From Candidatus Latescibacterota bacterium (GTDB lineage Bacteria; Latescibacterota; UBA2968; UBA8231): a stretch of 64,000 nt of DNA. Below, one piece after another: positions 28,320 to 39,290 of the stretch (positions within the stretch are counted from its first letter, which is position 1; the number at the start of each line of letters is the position of its first letter). The notes under the pieces are model-generated. The model had not been told where the DNA came from, did not search any database, and saw nothing but the letters and a program-made list of their open reading frames with translations. The translations under genes and the position numbers were made by a program. Location of the stretch: contig CBDFJF010000001.1 in the NCBI GenBank assembly GCA_965248265.1, positions 3,040,001 through 3,104,000 of the forward strand, read 5' to 3'.

Positions 28320-30748
28320 ATGGTCCAGATAAATCTGCATATCCGGACGGCCATGCTGGCCTGTCTGTTGCTCCCCGCGATCGCTTCCGCTGCCGACGAT
28401 GTCCTTTTAGTGTCCTTTTAGTCAAATCGCCACACACTTCACTGAGCAAGACCCGCAAGCTGCTCGACGCAGCTGATTTACGCCTGATGTTGCCTCGTGG
28501 CTACGTGATAGAGACTGAGGGCGAGACCACCCTAGGCAAACGGAGCGGCGTCGTCGAGGTGCGCTCCTACATCAAGCAGACTCAGCGGGGAGTCGCCAGG
28601 CGTGACCGCCTCGAGATCGCGATCGTGCCCGGGTTTCAGCAGGGTTATGAGTTCGCCTTGTATCGCTCACCCAATGATCGAGTCCTCTACGACATCAAGG
28701 ACGGCCTGAAACAGATCGCAGACCGGGCGAAGACGCGCAGCGGCTCTGCAGAGCCTGAGCTCGGCTACGAGATGCTTCGCCTCGGTCACATGGACGCAAG
28801 TCGGGCGCTTTCCCTGCTCAAAGCACTCGGGTACACGACGATCGAATTCTCGGCTGCATCGAGCGGCAAGGGCGGAGAAGAGGTCTTCAACCTCTCGAAA
28901 GGCTCGGGCAAAAAGCTGCCGTGGATCATCAAGGTCGTGAATGCGTCGAAGACGAGTCTACTGGAAGCGGAGAGTTCGGGTACCTCCAGGGCGCGGACGT
29001 CGAGTAGTTCCAAAAAGGGTGGAATTCAGGGAGCCCCCCAGCTGGGCGGAGCGCACCTGTTCGGAGCCACAACCGACGCTCCGGAAGAGCGCCTGCTGAT
29101 GGTGTACGATCGCAACGAGCCTGAGGAGCTGGAGAAGCTCGTCAACCTGCTTCAGTCCTACATCGACGTGGCGGCGCAGCAGATCGTCATCGAGGCTCTG
29201 GTGATCGAAATCAACAAAAACCAGCTAAAGGATCTTGGGGTAGAGCTCTTCGCCTCGCAGGATCACGCAAGCGGATCGTTTGCCGGGGAGGGAAGCTCGG
29301 CGGAGGGGACCTTCGTTTTTTCGCGAGATGGCTTCAACGATTTTACAAGCTTCAGCGCCACTGTAAAAGCGCTAGCTGAGAGCGGGGACGCCGAGATTCT
29401 GTCCAGTCCGTCCGTGCTCGTTCTCAATGATCGGCAGGCCCGGGTCCAGGTCGGGCGGCAGATTCCCGTCTCGCGCACAAGCTCGACGACTTCAACTACG
29501 GTAAAGGGGGTCGAATACTTCCCTATCGGCATCGTTCTCAATATTCGCCCTCGCATCAACCGCGACAATACAGAAGTAGCGATGCAGATCGAGACTATCG
29601 TCAGCTCGATCTCGTCGGAGTCAGCTGCCAAAGTGGAGGAGAAAACTGACATCTCTTTCTCACCCATCGTCGACAACAGGTTGGTGGAAAGTTATGTCCG
29701 GGTAGCGGACGGTACCCCCTTCATAATCGGTGGGTTGTTGTCGACGAACGAACAGCGTACACGCTTCGGTGTCCCTCTCCTGATGCAAATTCCCCTTATT
29801 GGCCGGTTGTTTTCCAAGGAGCGGGTCGAGCATCTGCGGCGAGAGGTGATCGTCGTCATCACGCCCCATATAGTGCCGCTTGAATCCCGTGATTTCAGCT
29901 ACCTCATTCCCAAAGACTCGGACATTTTCGACCGCTTTGACTATAACCTTTTCCGCAACGGGTATCGGGTACGTGATGACGACGTCTGGGATTTGGCGTT
30001 CATTCAGGAGAGTCCCGTCCTGCAGGACTTGACTGCCCGTGTCAGAGGGAGTGCAACAGCGGACGTCCTGATGTGGCGCAAAGAGCCTTTCAGCACCCTG
30101 CTTGCCGGCAATATTCCTGGCGAAAGCGTCCTCGTCAGACGCATGCTCAGCGATATCATCCGCAAACTGGACTTCGCAAGGGAAATCGACACAAAGAAGC
30201 TGTTTTTCTTCGAGAAAACGAAGAGTGACAATCTTCTGGACCGCGATCTGCCGTCGACCCTCGACCGGGCACTGAAGTCGCAGGATCGCGCTGTCATGCT
30301 CACCTACCAGGCCAAATCGCGGCCCGAGTCGGGACGGCCCTTTGGATATCCTTTCGCTGTGGTGGCAGACACCGTGGTCCCACCCGAGGAGGAGGACTTC
30401 AGTGCCTTTCTGAGGGATGTCAACCCGGTGGACGAACAAGAACGGCCGTTGAGATGGACCATCGTCATCAGGAACCAGAACGACGTCGAGCATCTGCACA
30501 GAGCACTGATCCTCAAGCGGTTGCTTGAGTTGAACGACAAGCTGCCTCTTACCCTGGAGGCCTTCCAACCGGGTCTGCAGATCGTCTTCCCTAGCCGTGA
30601 GGATGTGGCTCGTCGCTACCACCTCATCGACGGTGACGTCGCGCAGTTGTTTTACGAAACCTCATCAAGCCAGTATTACCCGGCATTCGAGCGCATCTTC
30701 AATCGCAAGACCAGAGAAATCGAACAAGAACTCGGGGGCAGAAAATGA
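28320..30748 (+). pseudogene. Secretin (GspD/PilQ superfamily) with long C-terminal extension, frameshifted near the 5' end by an 11-bp duplication
   Basis: QIVIEALVIE, ILSSPSVLVLNDRQARVQVG, DGTPFIIGGL, VPLLMQIPLIGRLF and VVITPHIV; the signal peptide from ATG 28320 comes into frame only if one TGTCCTTTTAG copy is removed. Confidence 0.8.
28400..28421. repeat. Exact 11-bp tandem duplication, TGTCCTTTTAG x2
   Basis: Read directly at 28400-28410 and 28411-28421. Confidence 0.95.
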
Positions 30749-31203
30749 TGGTCCGGTTGTTCGGCCTGGGGTGGGTACTGCTGTTGAGCGGCTTGGCTGC
30801 CTGCTCGGAACCACAAGATCGCGTCACCGGATCCACGTCCGACGGTCAGTTTGCACTACGCTTGGAAGCAGAAAAAAACTGGCTACGTGCAGCGACCAAT
30901 CAAACCCTTCCCATTCTCGTGACACTGGAGAGCCTGACTGGCGCCTTTGACGAGGAGCGTACTGAGCGAGTCGAGTTCCATGCTAACAATGGTGACGTCT
31001 CGGCGTCGTCCCTGCCCTTCACCTTCACGCCCCGGGATGAACTACTCGGGACTCCCGGCGACACGGCCAAGTCTCAGTGGATCACGTTCAGGACAGACGA
31101 CAGGGAAGTCAAGTCGACTCAACAGGGAGAGGTCATCGCCCTCCTCGAAGACGATGATCTGCAGGTCAACTTCAAGATCCGCTTCGTCGACGGGGAAGAG
31201 TAA
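30745..31203 (+). CDS. Lipoprotein coupled to the secretin gene
   Basis: Lipobox LAAC after a hydrophobic stretch; ATGA overlap with the secretin stop. Confidence 0.8.
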   Translation: MMVRLFGLGWVLLLSGLAACSEPQDRVTGSTSDGQFALRLEAEKNWLRAATNQTLPILVTLESLTGAFDEERTERVEFHANNGDVSASSLPFTFTPRDELLGTPGDTAKSQWITFRTDDREVKSTQQGEVIALLEDDDLQVNFKIRFVDGEE

Positions 31204-31250
31204 GCAACATCGTCGCTGGGTGACGCCCTAAGCTGGTGTTGCTCCGTTCA

Positions 31251-31829
31251 TCACCCCACGAAAATCGCCTCATCCGGCCAATCCTCTCGCAGGACGGCCT
31301 CCTCCATGTTCACCATCGGCAGGTAGTTGTGCTCGCGCCGTATCGTACCAAGAAGTCTGATGGTGCGCAGCTCATCGATCGAGCTCTCTCCGTGATTTTT
31401 CTGTAGGGAAGGGATGATCTTGCCCTGAACGCTGTCGGCGACGTCGCTGTCGGATTCGCCTTCAACGATCATGATCAAGGCGATATGCCCGTCGGTCTCG
31501 GCGATGAAGCTGTCTCTGATCAACTCGCTGAAGACGGTAGCCACATTGGCCTCGCTGCGGATCTCCTCAACGACCTGAACGCGAGTGATGCCGAGTTTGA
31601 ACTTGATGATCACCATGTGCTGAGTTTTCAGCGAGGAGGAGGCACCGTCCGCCTGCAGGTCCAACCCGGTGTAGTATTTGATCGTCCCTCTACGCTCGAG
31701 CCGAGTGCGCTTGCGACTCACGGTTCGGACCGGGATTCCAGTCATCGAACTGATGCGGTTGTCGGAAAAACGGGGGTTGCGGATCAGCGCCCTGACAATC
31801 GAGCGCTCTTGTGTGTCGAGTTCCTTCAT
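31251..31829 (-). CDS. Lrp/AsnC family transcriptional regulator
   Basis: LDTQERSIVRALIRNPR...TVSRKRTRLERRGTIKYY winged helix. Confidence 0.8.
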   Translation of the reverse strand: MKELDTQERSIVRALIRNPRFSDNRISSMTGIPVRTVSRKRTRLERRGTIKYYTGLDLQADGASSSLKTQHMVIIKFKLGITRVQVVEEIRSEANVATVFSELIRDSFIAETDGHIALIMIVEGESDSDVADSVQGKIIPSLQKNHGESSIDELRTIRLLGTIRREHNYLPMVNMEEAVLREDWPDEAIFVG

Positions 31830-31854
31830 GTCACAAAATCACCATTTTACAGGC

Positions 31855-31966
31855 AAAAATGACAAAATCAGGCCATAATCAGTGGGTATGTGTCGTTTTA
31901 AGTACTACAAAACCAGAAAAATGTCAAATTTTATCATTGACATGGTAAATGACACAGCTATATTAT
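31855..31966. promoter_or_regulatory. Divergent regulator/gltB promoter with repeated candidate operators
   Basis: AAAAATGACAAAAT (31855), AAAAATGTCAAATT (31917), TGTCAA-N9-TTGACA; TTGACA at 31937 with TATTAT at 31961. Confidence 0.55.
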
Positions 31967-32107
31967 ACTCTCGCCGTCACGTCTGACGGCCGCGCTCCGC
32001 GTCGCCGCATGTGGCCTGCCCGATCTGCTCGTCTCCGCCCAATCAAGACAGTACGTGACGCCGGACCCGCGATGCCGGCAGCCCGATATCAAGAGAATAG
32101 TGCCCAG

Positions 32108-35100
32108 ATGACCCATCATTCACCCCGGCAGACCAAGCACGGGTATCCTTCGCCACAGGGTTTGTACGACCCGGCCCACGAACATGATGCCTGCGGGATC
32201 GGTTTTGTCGCCCATATAAAGGGGGTCCCATCGCACGACATCGTGCGCCAGGGACTGACCGTGCTGTCCAACCTCGATCATCGAGGAGCGCGTGGCTGCG
32301 AGATGAACACGGGTGACGGCGCTGGTATTCTGCTGCAGGTACCTGATCGGCTCCTGCGCGAGGAGATGTCAGCAGCCGGAGTCGAGCTTCCTGCGCGGGG
32401 ACGGTACGGTGTCGGCATGGTGTTTCTACCTCCTGACGACGAACACCGGCTTCCATGCGAACAGCGGCTGGCACAGATCGTCGAAGAGGAAGGGTTGAAG
32501 GTGCTGGGATGGCGCAGCACACCGGTACTCGACGCGGACCTGGGCCATACTGCACGTTCGTGCGAACCCGCCATGCGCCAGATCTTCGTCGGTGCCGTGG
32601 ATTCACAGCAGGGGCCGTCTAGTGCCGAAGCCGAGTTGGCGCTGGAGCGGCGGCTCTACGTGGTCAGCAAGCGGGCAGCTCATGAGATCCGCCATAGCGG
32701 CGACGGACCGGGTGGCGACTATTTCTACTGTGCCAGCTTTTCCTGTCGGACCATCGTCTACAAGGGGATGTTGACTCCTGCCCAGGTCGATGGCTACTTC
32801 GCCGATTTGTCGGATCCCCGGATAGAGTCGGCGATCGCCATGGTGCACTCGCGCTTCAGTACCAACACCTTTCCCAGCTGGGAACGCGCCCATCCATACC
32901 GCTATGTCATCCACAACGGCGAGATCAATACCCTGCGTGGAAACGAAAACTGGATGCGGACACGGCAGTCCATGTTGCAGTCCGAACTCTTCGGCGACAA
33001 GCTGCACAAGCTCTTCCCCATCGTCGAAGAAGACGGCTCCGATTCTTCGAAGCTGGACAACTGCCTGGAATTCCTAAACCTGTCCGGCCGCTCCCTCGCC
33101 CACGCCGTCATGATGATGATTCCCGAGCCGTGGGAAAAGCACGAGAGCATGTCGGAGGAGAAGAGAGCTTTTTACGAGTACCACAGCTGCTTGATGGAAC
33201 CGTGGGATGGTCCGGCGTCGATCGCCTTCACCGACGGCTCCGTCGTCGGTGCCGTGCTGGATCGCAACGGTCTACGTCCCTCCCGCTACTACATCACAAA
33301 GGACGACCGGGTGATCATGGGCTCGGAGGTCGGTGCCGTCGACGTGGATCCCGAGATGGTCCTACACAAGGGACGACTCGAGCCCGGGCGCATGTTTCTC
33401 ATAGATACGCGCGAAGGTCGAATCATCGCGGACGAAGAGCTCAAGCACTCGATTGCCGCAGAGCACCCCTACCGCGAGTGGCTGGATGAGAATCTGATAG
33501 ACTTCGAGGATCTTCCCGATGTCGAGGAGGTTCGCGTCGCGCGCGAACATGAGGAAGTCCTCCAGCGCCAGCAGGTCTTCGGGTTGACGTTCGAAGATTT
33601 GAGGGTCCAGTTCACGCCGATGGCCAAAAATGCCTTCTGGCCGACCGGTTCGATGGGTAACGACGCGGCGTTAGCGGTTCTGTCCGATCGACCCCATGTG
33701 CTCTACAGCTACTTCAAGCAGCTGTTTGCCCAGGTCACCAATCCTCCCATCGATCCCATTCGGGAAGAGCTGATTACTTCGACGGATACGACGCTGGGCT
33801 CGGAGGGCAATCTGCTGGATCCCGAAGCGGAGAGCTGCCGTCAGCTGCGAGTGCGCTCGCCGATTCTGACGAACGCTGAATTGGCCAAGCTCAAGCAGGT
33901 CAACGACCACGGTCTGAAACCGTACGCATTGACGATGGTGTTCGAAGCCTCTGAAGGGGAGGCGGGATTGAAGTGGGCGCTCGACGAGCTGTTCGCCACG
34001 GCCGACGCCGCGATCGCCAGCGGGGCGACGATCCTGGTCTTGACGGATCGCGATTTCGACGAGCGCTGGGCGCCGATTCCGGCCCTGTTGGCGACGGCCG
34101 GTTTGCACCATCACCTGATACGTGCCGGCACGCGGACGAAGGTCGGCATCGTCGTCGAGTCGGGAGAGCCACGCGAAGTCCATCACTTCTGCCTGTTGTT
34201 GGGCTACGGCGCCAACGCCATCAATCCCTACATGGTTTATGAGTCCCTCGTCGATATGATCAAGGAGGGGATGTTGCCGGATGTCGGTTTCGACGAGGCC
34301 ATCGACAACTACAACAAGGCGGTGGTCAAGGGCGTCGTGAAGGTGATGTCGAAGATGGGCATTTCGACCATCAAATCGTACCTGGGGGCGCAGATCTTCG
34401 AGGCCGTCGGCATCAAGCAGGAAGTCATCGACACCTACTTCACCTGGACGGATTCGCGTGTCGAGGGTATCGGGCTGGACGTCATCGCCGAGGAAACCTG
34501 CATGCGGCATCGTACGGCCTATCCGGCGTTCGACGAGGAACGCACCCTCGACGTGGGCGGAGAGTACCAGTGGCGCCAGGATGGTGAGTACCACCTGTTC
34601 AATCCGCACACCATCCACAAGCTGCAGAAGGCGGCGCGCGACAACGACTACGAGGTCTACAAAGAGTACGCTGAGCTGATTAGCGATCGCTCAAACAAGA
34701 TGGCGACGCTGCGCGCCCTGCTGGATTTCGACTACCCGGCCGACGGCGAGATCCCTCTTGATGAGGTCGAATCGGTCGAGGAGATCACCAAGCGCTTCAA
34801 GAGTGGCGCCATGTCCTACGGCTCAATCAGCAAGGAAGCGCATGAAACCCTGGCGATCGCGATGAATCGCATCGGCGGCCGCAGCAATACCGGCGAGGGC
34901 GGCGAAGACGCCGAGCGTTACCAGTTGGACCCGAACGGGGATTCCCGCAATAGTGCGATCAAACAAGTGGCATCCGGACGGTTCGGGGTGACGAGTCTCT
35001 ACCTGAGCCACGCCAAAGAGTTGCAGATCAAGATGGCGCAGGGGGCCAAACCGGGTGAAGGTGGGGAATTGCCGGGCGCCAAGGTTTATCCGTGGATCGC

Positions 35101-36748
35101 CAAGGTTCGGCAGTCGACGCCAGGGGTGGGGTTGATATCGCCGCCACCGCACCACGACATCTACTCGATTGAGGACCTGGCCGAACTCATCCACGATCTC
35201 AAGAATTCGAACCGCGAGGCCCGTATCAACGTCAAACTGGTTTCGGAGGTCGGTGTCGGCACGATTGCCGCCGGCGTTGCCAAGGGACACGCCGATGTCG
35301 TCCTCATAAGCGGTCACGACGGCGGTACCGGGGCGTCGCCGCAGACGAGTATCAAGCACGCTGGTTTACCGTGGGAGCTGGGCCTGGCAGATACGCACCA
35401 GACACTCGTCCTCAACGATCTGCGCAGTCGCATTGTCGTCGAGACCGATGGCCAGCTCAAGACCGGCCGGGACGTGGCGATCGCGGCTTTGCTGGGCGCG
35501 GAGGAGTTCGGCTTCGCGACCACCGGACTCGTGGCCATGGGTTGCATCATGATGCGGGTGTGCCACCTCGATACCTGTCCGGTGGGCGTGGCCACACAGA
35601 ATCCGGAGCTGCGCAAGAAATTCACCGGAACCCCCGACCACATCGTCAACTTCCTGCGGTTCGTGGCGCAGGAGTTACGCGAGTACATGGCAAAACTGGG
35701 GTTCCGCAGCATCAATGAAATGGTGGGAAGAACCGACCGTTTACGCCAGGTCGAAACGGATCACTGGAAAGCCAGGGGACTCGATCTGTCGAGAATCCTG
35801 CACCGGCCAGATGTGCCCGAACGCGTCGGTCGATACTGCCAAGTCCCACAGGACCATGGCATAGAACGCTCTTTAGACATCACACAATTGTTGCCGGCAT
35901 GCGCTCCCGCCATCGAGCGCGGTGAGCGTGTGCAGGTATCGTTGCCGATCAACAACATCGACCGGGTCGTGGGAACCATTACGGGCAATGAAATCACCAA
36001 GCGGTACGGGGCCGACGGGCTGCCTACCGACACCATTCAGGTGCAGTTCACGGGCTCAGCAGGGCAGAGCTTCGGTGCATTCGTGCCGCCAGGGATGACA
36101 CTGAAACTCGAAGGGGATGCCAACGACTACTTCGGCAAGGGGCTTTCCGGCGGCAAGTTGATCCTGTACCCACCGTCCTCAGCCACTTTCGTCACGCGGG
36201 ATGAGATCATCGTTGGCAACGTCGCCTTCTACGGCGCTACCAATGGAGAAGCCTACATCAGCGGCATGGCCGGTGAGCGTTTCTGCGTGCGTAACAGTGG
36301 CGTGCGTGCTGTCGTCGAGGCGGTAGGGGATCATGGCTGTGAATACATGACGGGCGGACAGGTCGTCGTCCTCGGGCCGACGGGTCGAAATTTCGCGGCC
36401 GGTATGTCGGGTGGCATCGCCTACGTCTATGATGAGGACGGGGTGTTCACGGACCACTGCAATCAGTCGATGTGTGAGTTGGGGCCCGTCGATGACGCCG
36501 ACGAGCAGGTGAACTTGAGGGAGACGATCGAACGACACGTCGAGTACACAGGCAGCGACATCGGCCGCCAGATTCTGACGTCCTGGGACGTTTCCCTGCA
36601 GTGCTTTGTCAAGGTGTTGCCGACAGACTACAAGCGCGTGCAGGAGGCCCTGGCACGCGCCCGCGAGTCCGGACTCAGCGGTGACGAGGCGGTCATGGAG
36701 GCCTTCGAAGCCAACAAGGCAGATGCGTCCCGCGCCGGAGGGAACTGA
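32108..36748 (+). CDS. gltB: Glutamate synthase large subunit
   Basis: [41 protein letters not shown] and [13 protein letters not shown]. Confidence 0.98.
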   Translation: MTHHSPRQTKHGYPSPQGLYDPAHEHDACGIGFVAHIKGVPSHDIVRQGLTVLSNLDHRGARGCEMNTGDGAGILLQVPDRLLREEMSAAGVELPARGRYGVGMVFLPPDDEHRLPCEQRLAQIVEEEGLKVLGWRSTPVLDADLGHTARSCEPAMRQIFVGAVDSQQGPSSAEAELALERRLYVVSKRAAHEIRHSGDGPGGDYFYCASFSCRTIVYKGMLTPAQVDGYFADLSDPRIESAIAMVHSRFSTNTFPSWERAHPYRYVIHNGEINTLRGNENWMRTRQSMLQSELFGDKLHKLFPIVEEDGSDSSKLDNCLEFLNLSGRSLAHAVMMMIPEPWEKHESMSEEKRAFYEYHSCLMEPWDGPASIAFTDGSVVGAVLDRNGLRPSRYYITKDDRVIMGSEVGAVDVDPEMVLHKGRLEPGRMFLIDTREGRIIADEELKHSIAAEHPYREWLDENLIDFEDLPDVEEVRVAREHEEVLQRQQVFGLTFEDLRVQFTPMAKNAFWPTGSMGNDAALAVLSDRPHVLYSYFKQLFAQVTNPPIDPIREELITSTDTTLGSEGNLLDPEAESCRQLRVRSPILTNAELAKLKQVNDHGLKPYALTMVFEASEGEAGLKWALDELFATADAAIASGATILVLTDRDFDERWAPIPALLATAGLHHHLIRAGTRTKVGIVVESGEPREVHHFCLLLGYGANAINPYMVYESLVDMIKEGMLPDVGFDEAIDNYNKAVVKGVVKVMSKMGISTIKSYLGAQIFEAVGIKQEVIDTYFTWTDSRVEGIGLDVIAEETCMRHRTAYPAFDEERTLDVGGEYQWRQDGEYHLFNPHTIHKLQKAARDNDYEVYKEYAELISDRSNKMATLRALLDFDYPADGEIPLDEVESVEEITKRFKSGAMSYGSISKEAHETLAIAMNRIGGRSNTGEGGEDAERYQLDPNGDSRNSAIKQVASGRFGVTSLYLSHAKELQIKMAQGAKPGEGGELPGAKVYPWIAKVRQSTPGVGLISPPPHHDIYSIEDLAELIHDLKNSNREARINVKLVSEVGVGTIAAGVAKGHADVVLISGHDGGTGASPQTSIKHAGLPWELGLADTHQTLVLNDLRSRIVVETDGQLKTGRDVAIAALLGAEEFGFATTGLVAMGCIMMRVCHLDTCPVGVATQNPELRKKFTGTPDHIVNFLRFVAQELREYMAKLGFRSINEMVGRTDRLRQVETDHWKARGLDLSRILHRPDVPERVGRYCQVPQDHGIERSLDITQLLPACAPAIERGERVQVSLPINNIDRVVGTITGNEITKRYGADGLPTDTIQVQFTGSAGQSFGAFVPPGMTLKLEGDANDYFGKGLSGGKLILYPPSSATFVTRDEIIVGNVAFYGATNGEAYISGMAGERFCVRNSGVRAVVEAVGDHGCEYMTGGQVVVLGPTGRNFAAGMSGGIAYVYDEDGVFTDHCNQSMCELGPVDDADEQVNLRETIERHVEYTGSDIGRQILTSWDVSLQCFVKVLPTDYKRVQEALARARESGLSGDEAVMEAFEANKADASRAGGN

Positions 36749-38235
36749 TGGGGAAACCTACCGGATTCATAGAATTCGAGCGTGAGCTTCCAACTGACCG
36801 GGCGCCTGAGGAACGCGTTCAGGATTGGGCAGAATTCCACCTGCACATGAAAGAGGAGAAGCTGCGGGAGCAGGGAGCTCGCTGCATGGACTGCGGCGTG
36901 CCCTTCTGTCACACCGGGGCCACGATGAGCCGCGATGATAAAGGCTCTGGTTGTCCGATCAACAACCTCATCCCCGACTGGAATGACCTTGTTTACCATG
37001 GTTTGTGGCAAGAGGCACTGGAGCGCTTGCACAAGACCAACAACTTTCCCGAGTTCACCGGCCGTGTCTGTCCCGCTCCGTGCGAAGGGGCCTGTGTGCT
37101 GGGCATCAATGATCCCCCGGTGACGATCAAGAATATCGAGTGTGCCGTCGTCGACAGGGGCTTCGAGGAGGGTTGGGTGGTTCCTGAACCCCCAGAAAAA
37201 CGCACGGGAAAACGCGCGGCCGTGGTTGGCTCGGGCCCGGCGGGGTTGTCCTGTGCCGCCCAGTTGAACAGGGCCGGCCACTGGGTCACCGTGTTCGAGC
37301 GTGCCGATCGAGTCGGCGGCCTGTTGATGTACGGCATCCCCAACATGAAGCTGGACAAGCGCTTCGTAACTCGGCGCGTGCAGCTGATGGAATCGGAGGG
37401 AATCCAGTTCATCACCAACACGGAGGTGGGCAAGGACATCGCTGCCGCCGAATTGCAGGATCGGTTCGACGCGGTGGTGCTGTGCGGTGGTGCCACCAAG
37501 GGCCGCGACCTGCCGATCGAGGGTCGGGAATTGAAAGGCGTTCACTACGCCATGGAGTTTCTGCACGCCAACACCAAGAGCCTGCTGGACTCGACTCACG
37601 CCGATGGGGAGTACATCGATGCCGCTGACAAGCACGTTATCGTCATCGGTGGCGGGGACACCGGCACCGACTGCGTCGGCACTTCCATGCGTCATGGCTG
37701 TCGCAGCCTGACCCAGTTCGAGATCATGGCGCGGCCGCCGGACGAGCGTGCGGCCAGCAACCCCTGGCCGGAATGGCCCAACGTCTACTCCCTGGACTAC
37801 GGTCAGGAGGAGGCGGCCGAACGGTTCGGTGACGATCCACGCGAATACCTGATCATGACGACGAAATTTGTCGGGGACGACGGCGCGGTTAAGGAATTGC
37901 ACACGGTCAACTGCGAGTGGAAACAGGGAGACGACGGGCGCTTCAGCCCACAGCCCGTCCCGGGTTCTGAAAAGGTATGGCCGGCCGATCTGGTGTTGCT
38001 GGCCATGGGGTTTCTGGGTCCCGAGGATCCGGTTCTTGAACAGCTCGGCGTCGAACGCGACGAGCGTTCCAATGCCAAGGCGGCGCACGGTGAGTTCGCC
38101 ACCAGCGTTGAGGGTATTTTCGCCGCCGGCGACATGCGACGAGGTCAGAGTCTGGTGGTGTGGGCGATCAACGAAGGGCGTGGAGCAGCTCGCGAATGTG
38201 ATCGCTTTCTCATGGGTACCACGGCGCTGCCGTAG
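36748..38235 (+). CDS. gltD: Glutamate synthase small subunit
   Basis: [38 protein letters not shown] and [14 protein letters not shown]. Confidence 0.98.
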   Translation: MGKPTGFIEFERELPTDRAPEERVQDWAEFHLHMKEEKLREQGARCMDCGVPFCHTGATMSRDDKGSGCPINNLIPDWNDLVYHGLWQEALERLHKTNNFPEFTGRVCPAPCEGACVLGINDPPVTIKNIECAVVDRGFEEGWVVPEPPEKRTGKRAAVVGSGPAGLSCAAQLNRAGHWVTVFERADRVGGLLMYGIPNMKLDKRFVTRRVQLMESEGIQFITNTEVGKDIAAAELQDRFDAVVLCGGATKGRDLPIEGRELKGVHYAMEFLHANTKSLLDSTHADGEYIDAADKHVIVIGGGDTGTDCVGTSMRHGCRSLTQFEIMARPPDERAASNPWPEWPNVYSLDYGQEEAAERFGDDPREYLIMTTKFVGDDGAVKELHTVNCEWKQGDDGRFSPQPVPGSEKVWPADLVLLAMGFLGPEDPVLEQLGVERDERSNAKAAHGEFATSVEGIFAAGDMRRGQSLVVWAINEGRGAARECDRFLMGTTALP

Positions 38236-38246
38236 TCAGGGCCCAG

Positions 38247-39290
38247 TCACCGGTTGCCGTACGGTGATGGCTCCGGTAGAGGCTCGAACAGGTACTCCGC
38301 TTTCGGAAACAATAGGTCCGCCCCGGACCGATCAATGCTGAAGACCATCCCGGCAGATTGGTTGCGCAGGTAGACCGTCTGTTTGGAAGCCGCGCCGCCA
38401 ATATCAAGTACATCGACTTTCCCATCGTCAGCGATCAACTCTATCTGGCGCCCATCCACGAAACCATAGCCACCCTTGCGCGGGTCGTGTACCCGGTGAT
38501 ATCGCAGGCGTGACAAGAATGAGCTGTAGGCGTAGACCCCGGCATTCAGGCAGGTATCCTCGCGCCCATCGACGGTGGCCAACCACACGAAGGTCGGTTC
38601 GCTGCGCTGGGCCAGCAGGGCGGCGGGATCGTCCCCGCTGGCAGAAACCTCCACCCGTTGCAGCCGGGCAACGGCTCCGGGGAACCCTGTTTCAAAACGA
38701 ATCGATGACAGGGATGGGCGTGCCAACGCCTTGGGCAGCACCAGTGGGTCGATCATCGGGGGGTTGCCCGGATCCAGGGCATGCCGCGGATTGGCATGCC
38801 AATGCAGAACCGTATCCACCGAGCTCTTTCTCAGGTAGGATTCCCCGGAGGCAGCACCGGTGACACCCTCCCCGACCTGCACCTCAATCAACTGGACACC
38901 CTGCGCATCCAGGAGCGTGACCGTCAGCGCCTGGTCGACGGCCAGCCCGTAGCGGTGAAAATCTTCCGTCTCAGCACTGACGAAGGTACCCAGACTTTGC
39001 AGGATGCTGCGGAGGATGAAATCGATCCGGTCCGCCCTCACGTAGGCGTCGAAGTGTCCGGGGAACCGCCAGTGGCTGCCCTGTTTGTGGTAGGTCCACT
39101 CCTGAGGGTTGCCGCCGTGATGGATGCGGATGGTCCGCACACGTTCGGGAACGATCTCGGCACCTGGGTCGACGAGTGGTCGCAACGCACTGCGCAGGCT
39201 GCGGTCCTCCTCTCGAGCACGAAGGATCCAGTATTCCGATGCCGCCAACAGTGCGACGAGGACAACGAAGGCTGCGATGATTCGGTTCAT
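38247..39290 (-). CDS. DUF4340-like periplasmic protein with N-terminal anchor
   Basis: N-terminal TM; YGL...TVTL...VG...SYLR pattern; position after the GldG-like gene. Confidence 0.65.
   Translation of the reverse strand: MNRIIAAFVVLVALLAASEYWILRAREEDRSLRSALRPLVDPGAEIVPERVRTIRIHHGGNPQEWTYHKQGSHWRFPGHFDAYVRADRIDFILRSILQSLGTFVSAETEDFHRYGLAVDQALTVTLLDAQGVQLIEVQVGEGVTGAASGESYLRKSSVDTVLHWHANPRHALDPGNPPMIDPLVLPKALARPSLSSIRFETGFPGAVARLQRVEVSASGDDPAALLAQRSEPTFVWLATVDGREDTCLNAGVYAYSSFLSRLRYHRVHDPRKGGYGFVDGRQIELIADDGKVDVLDIGGAASKQTVYLRNQSAGMVFSIDRSGADLLFPKAEYLFEPLPEPSPYGNR

Noticed and set aside
31949-32107. Leader peptide or long N-terminal extension of GltB
   Set aside because: ATG 31949 lies inside the promoter spacer; no attenuator-like codon run or terminator is visible
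36628-38088. 486-aa minus-strand ORF
   Set aside because: Antisense shadow of gltD, expected in high-GC coding DNA, with no recognisable motifs. The same applies to 33671..34618, 29660..30622 and 44488..45735.
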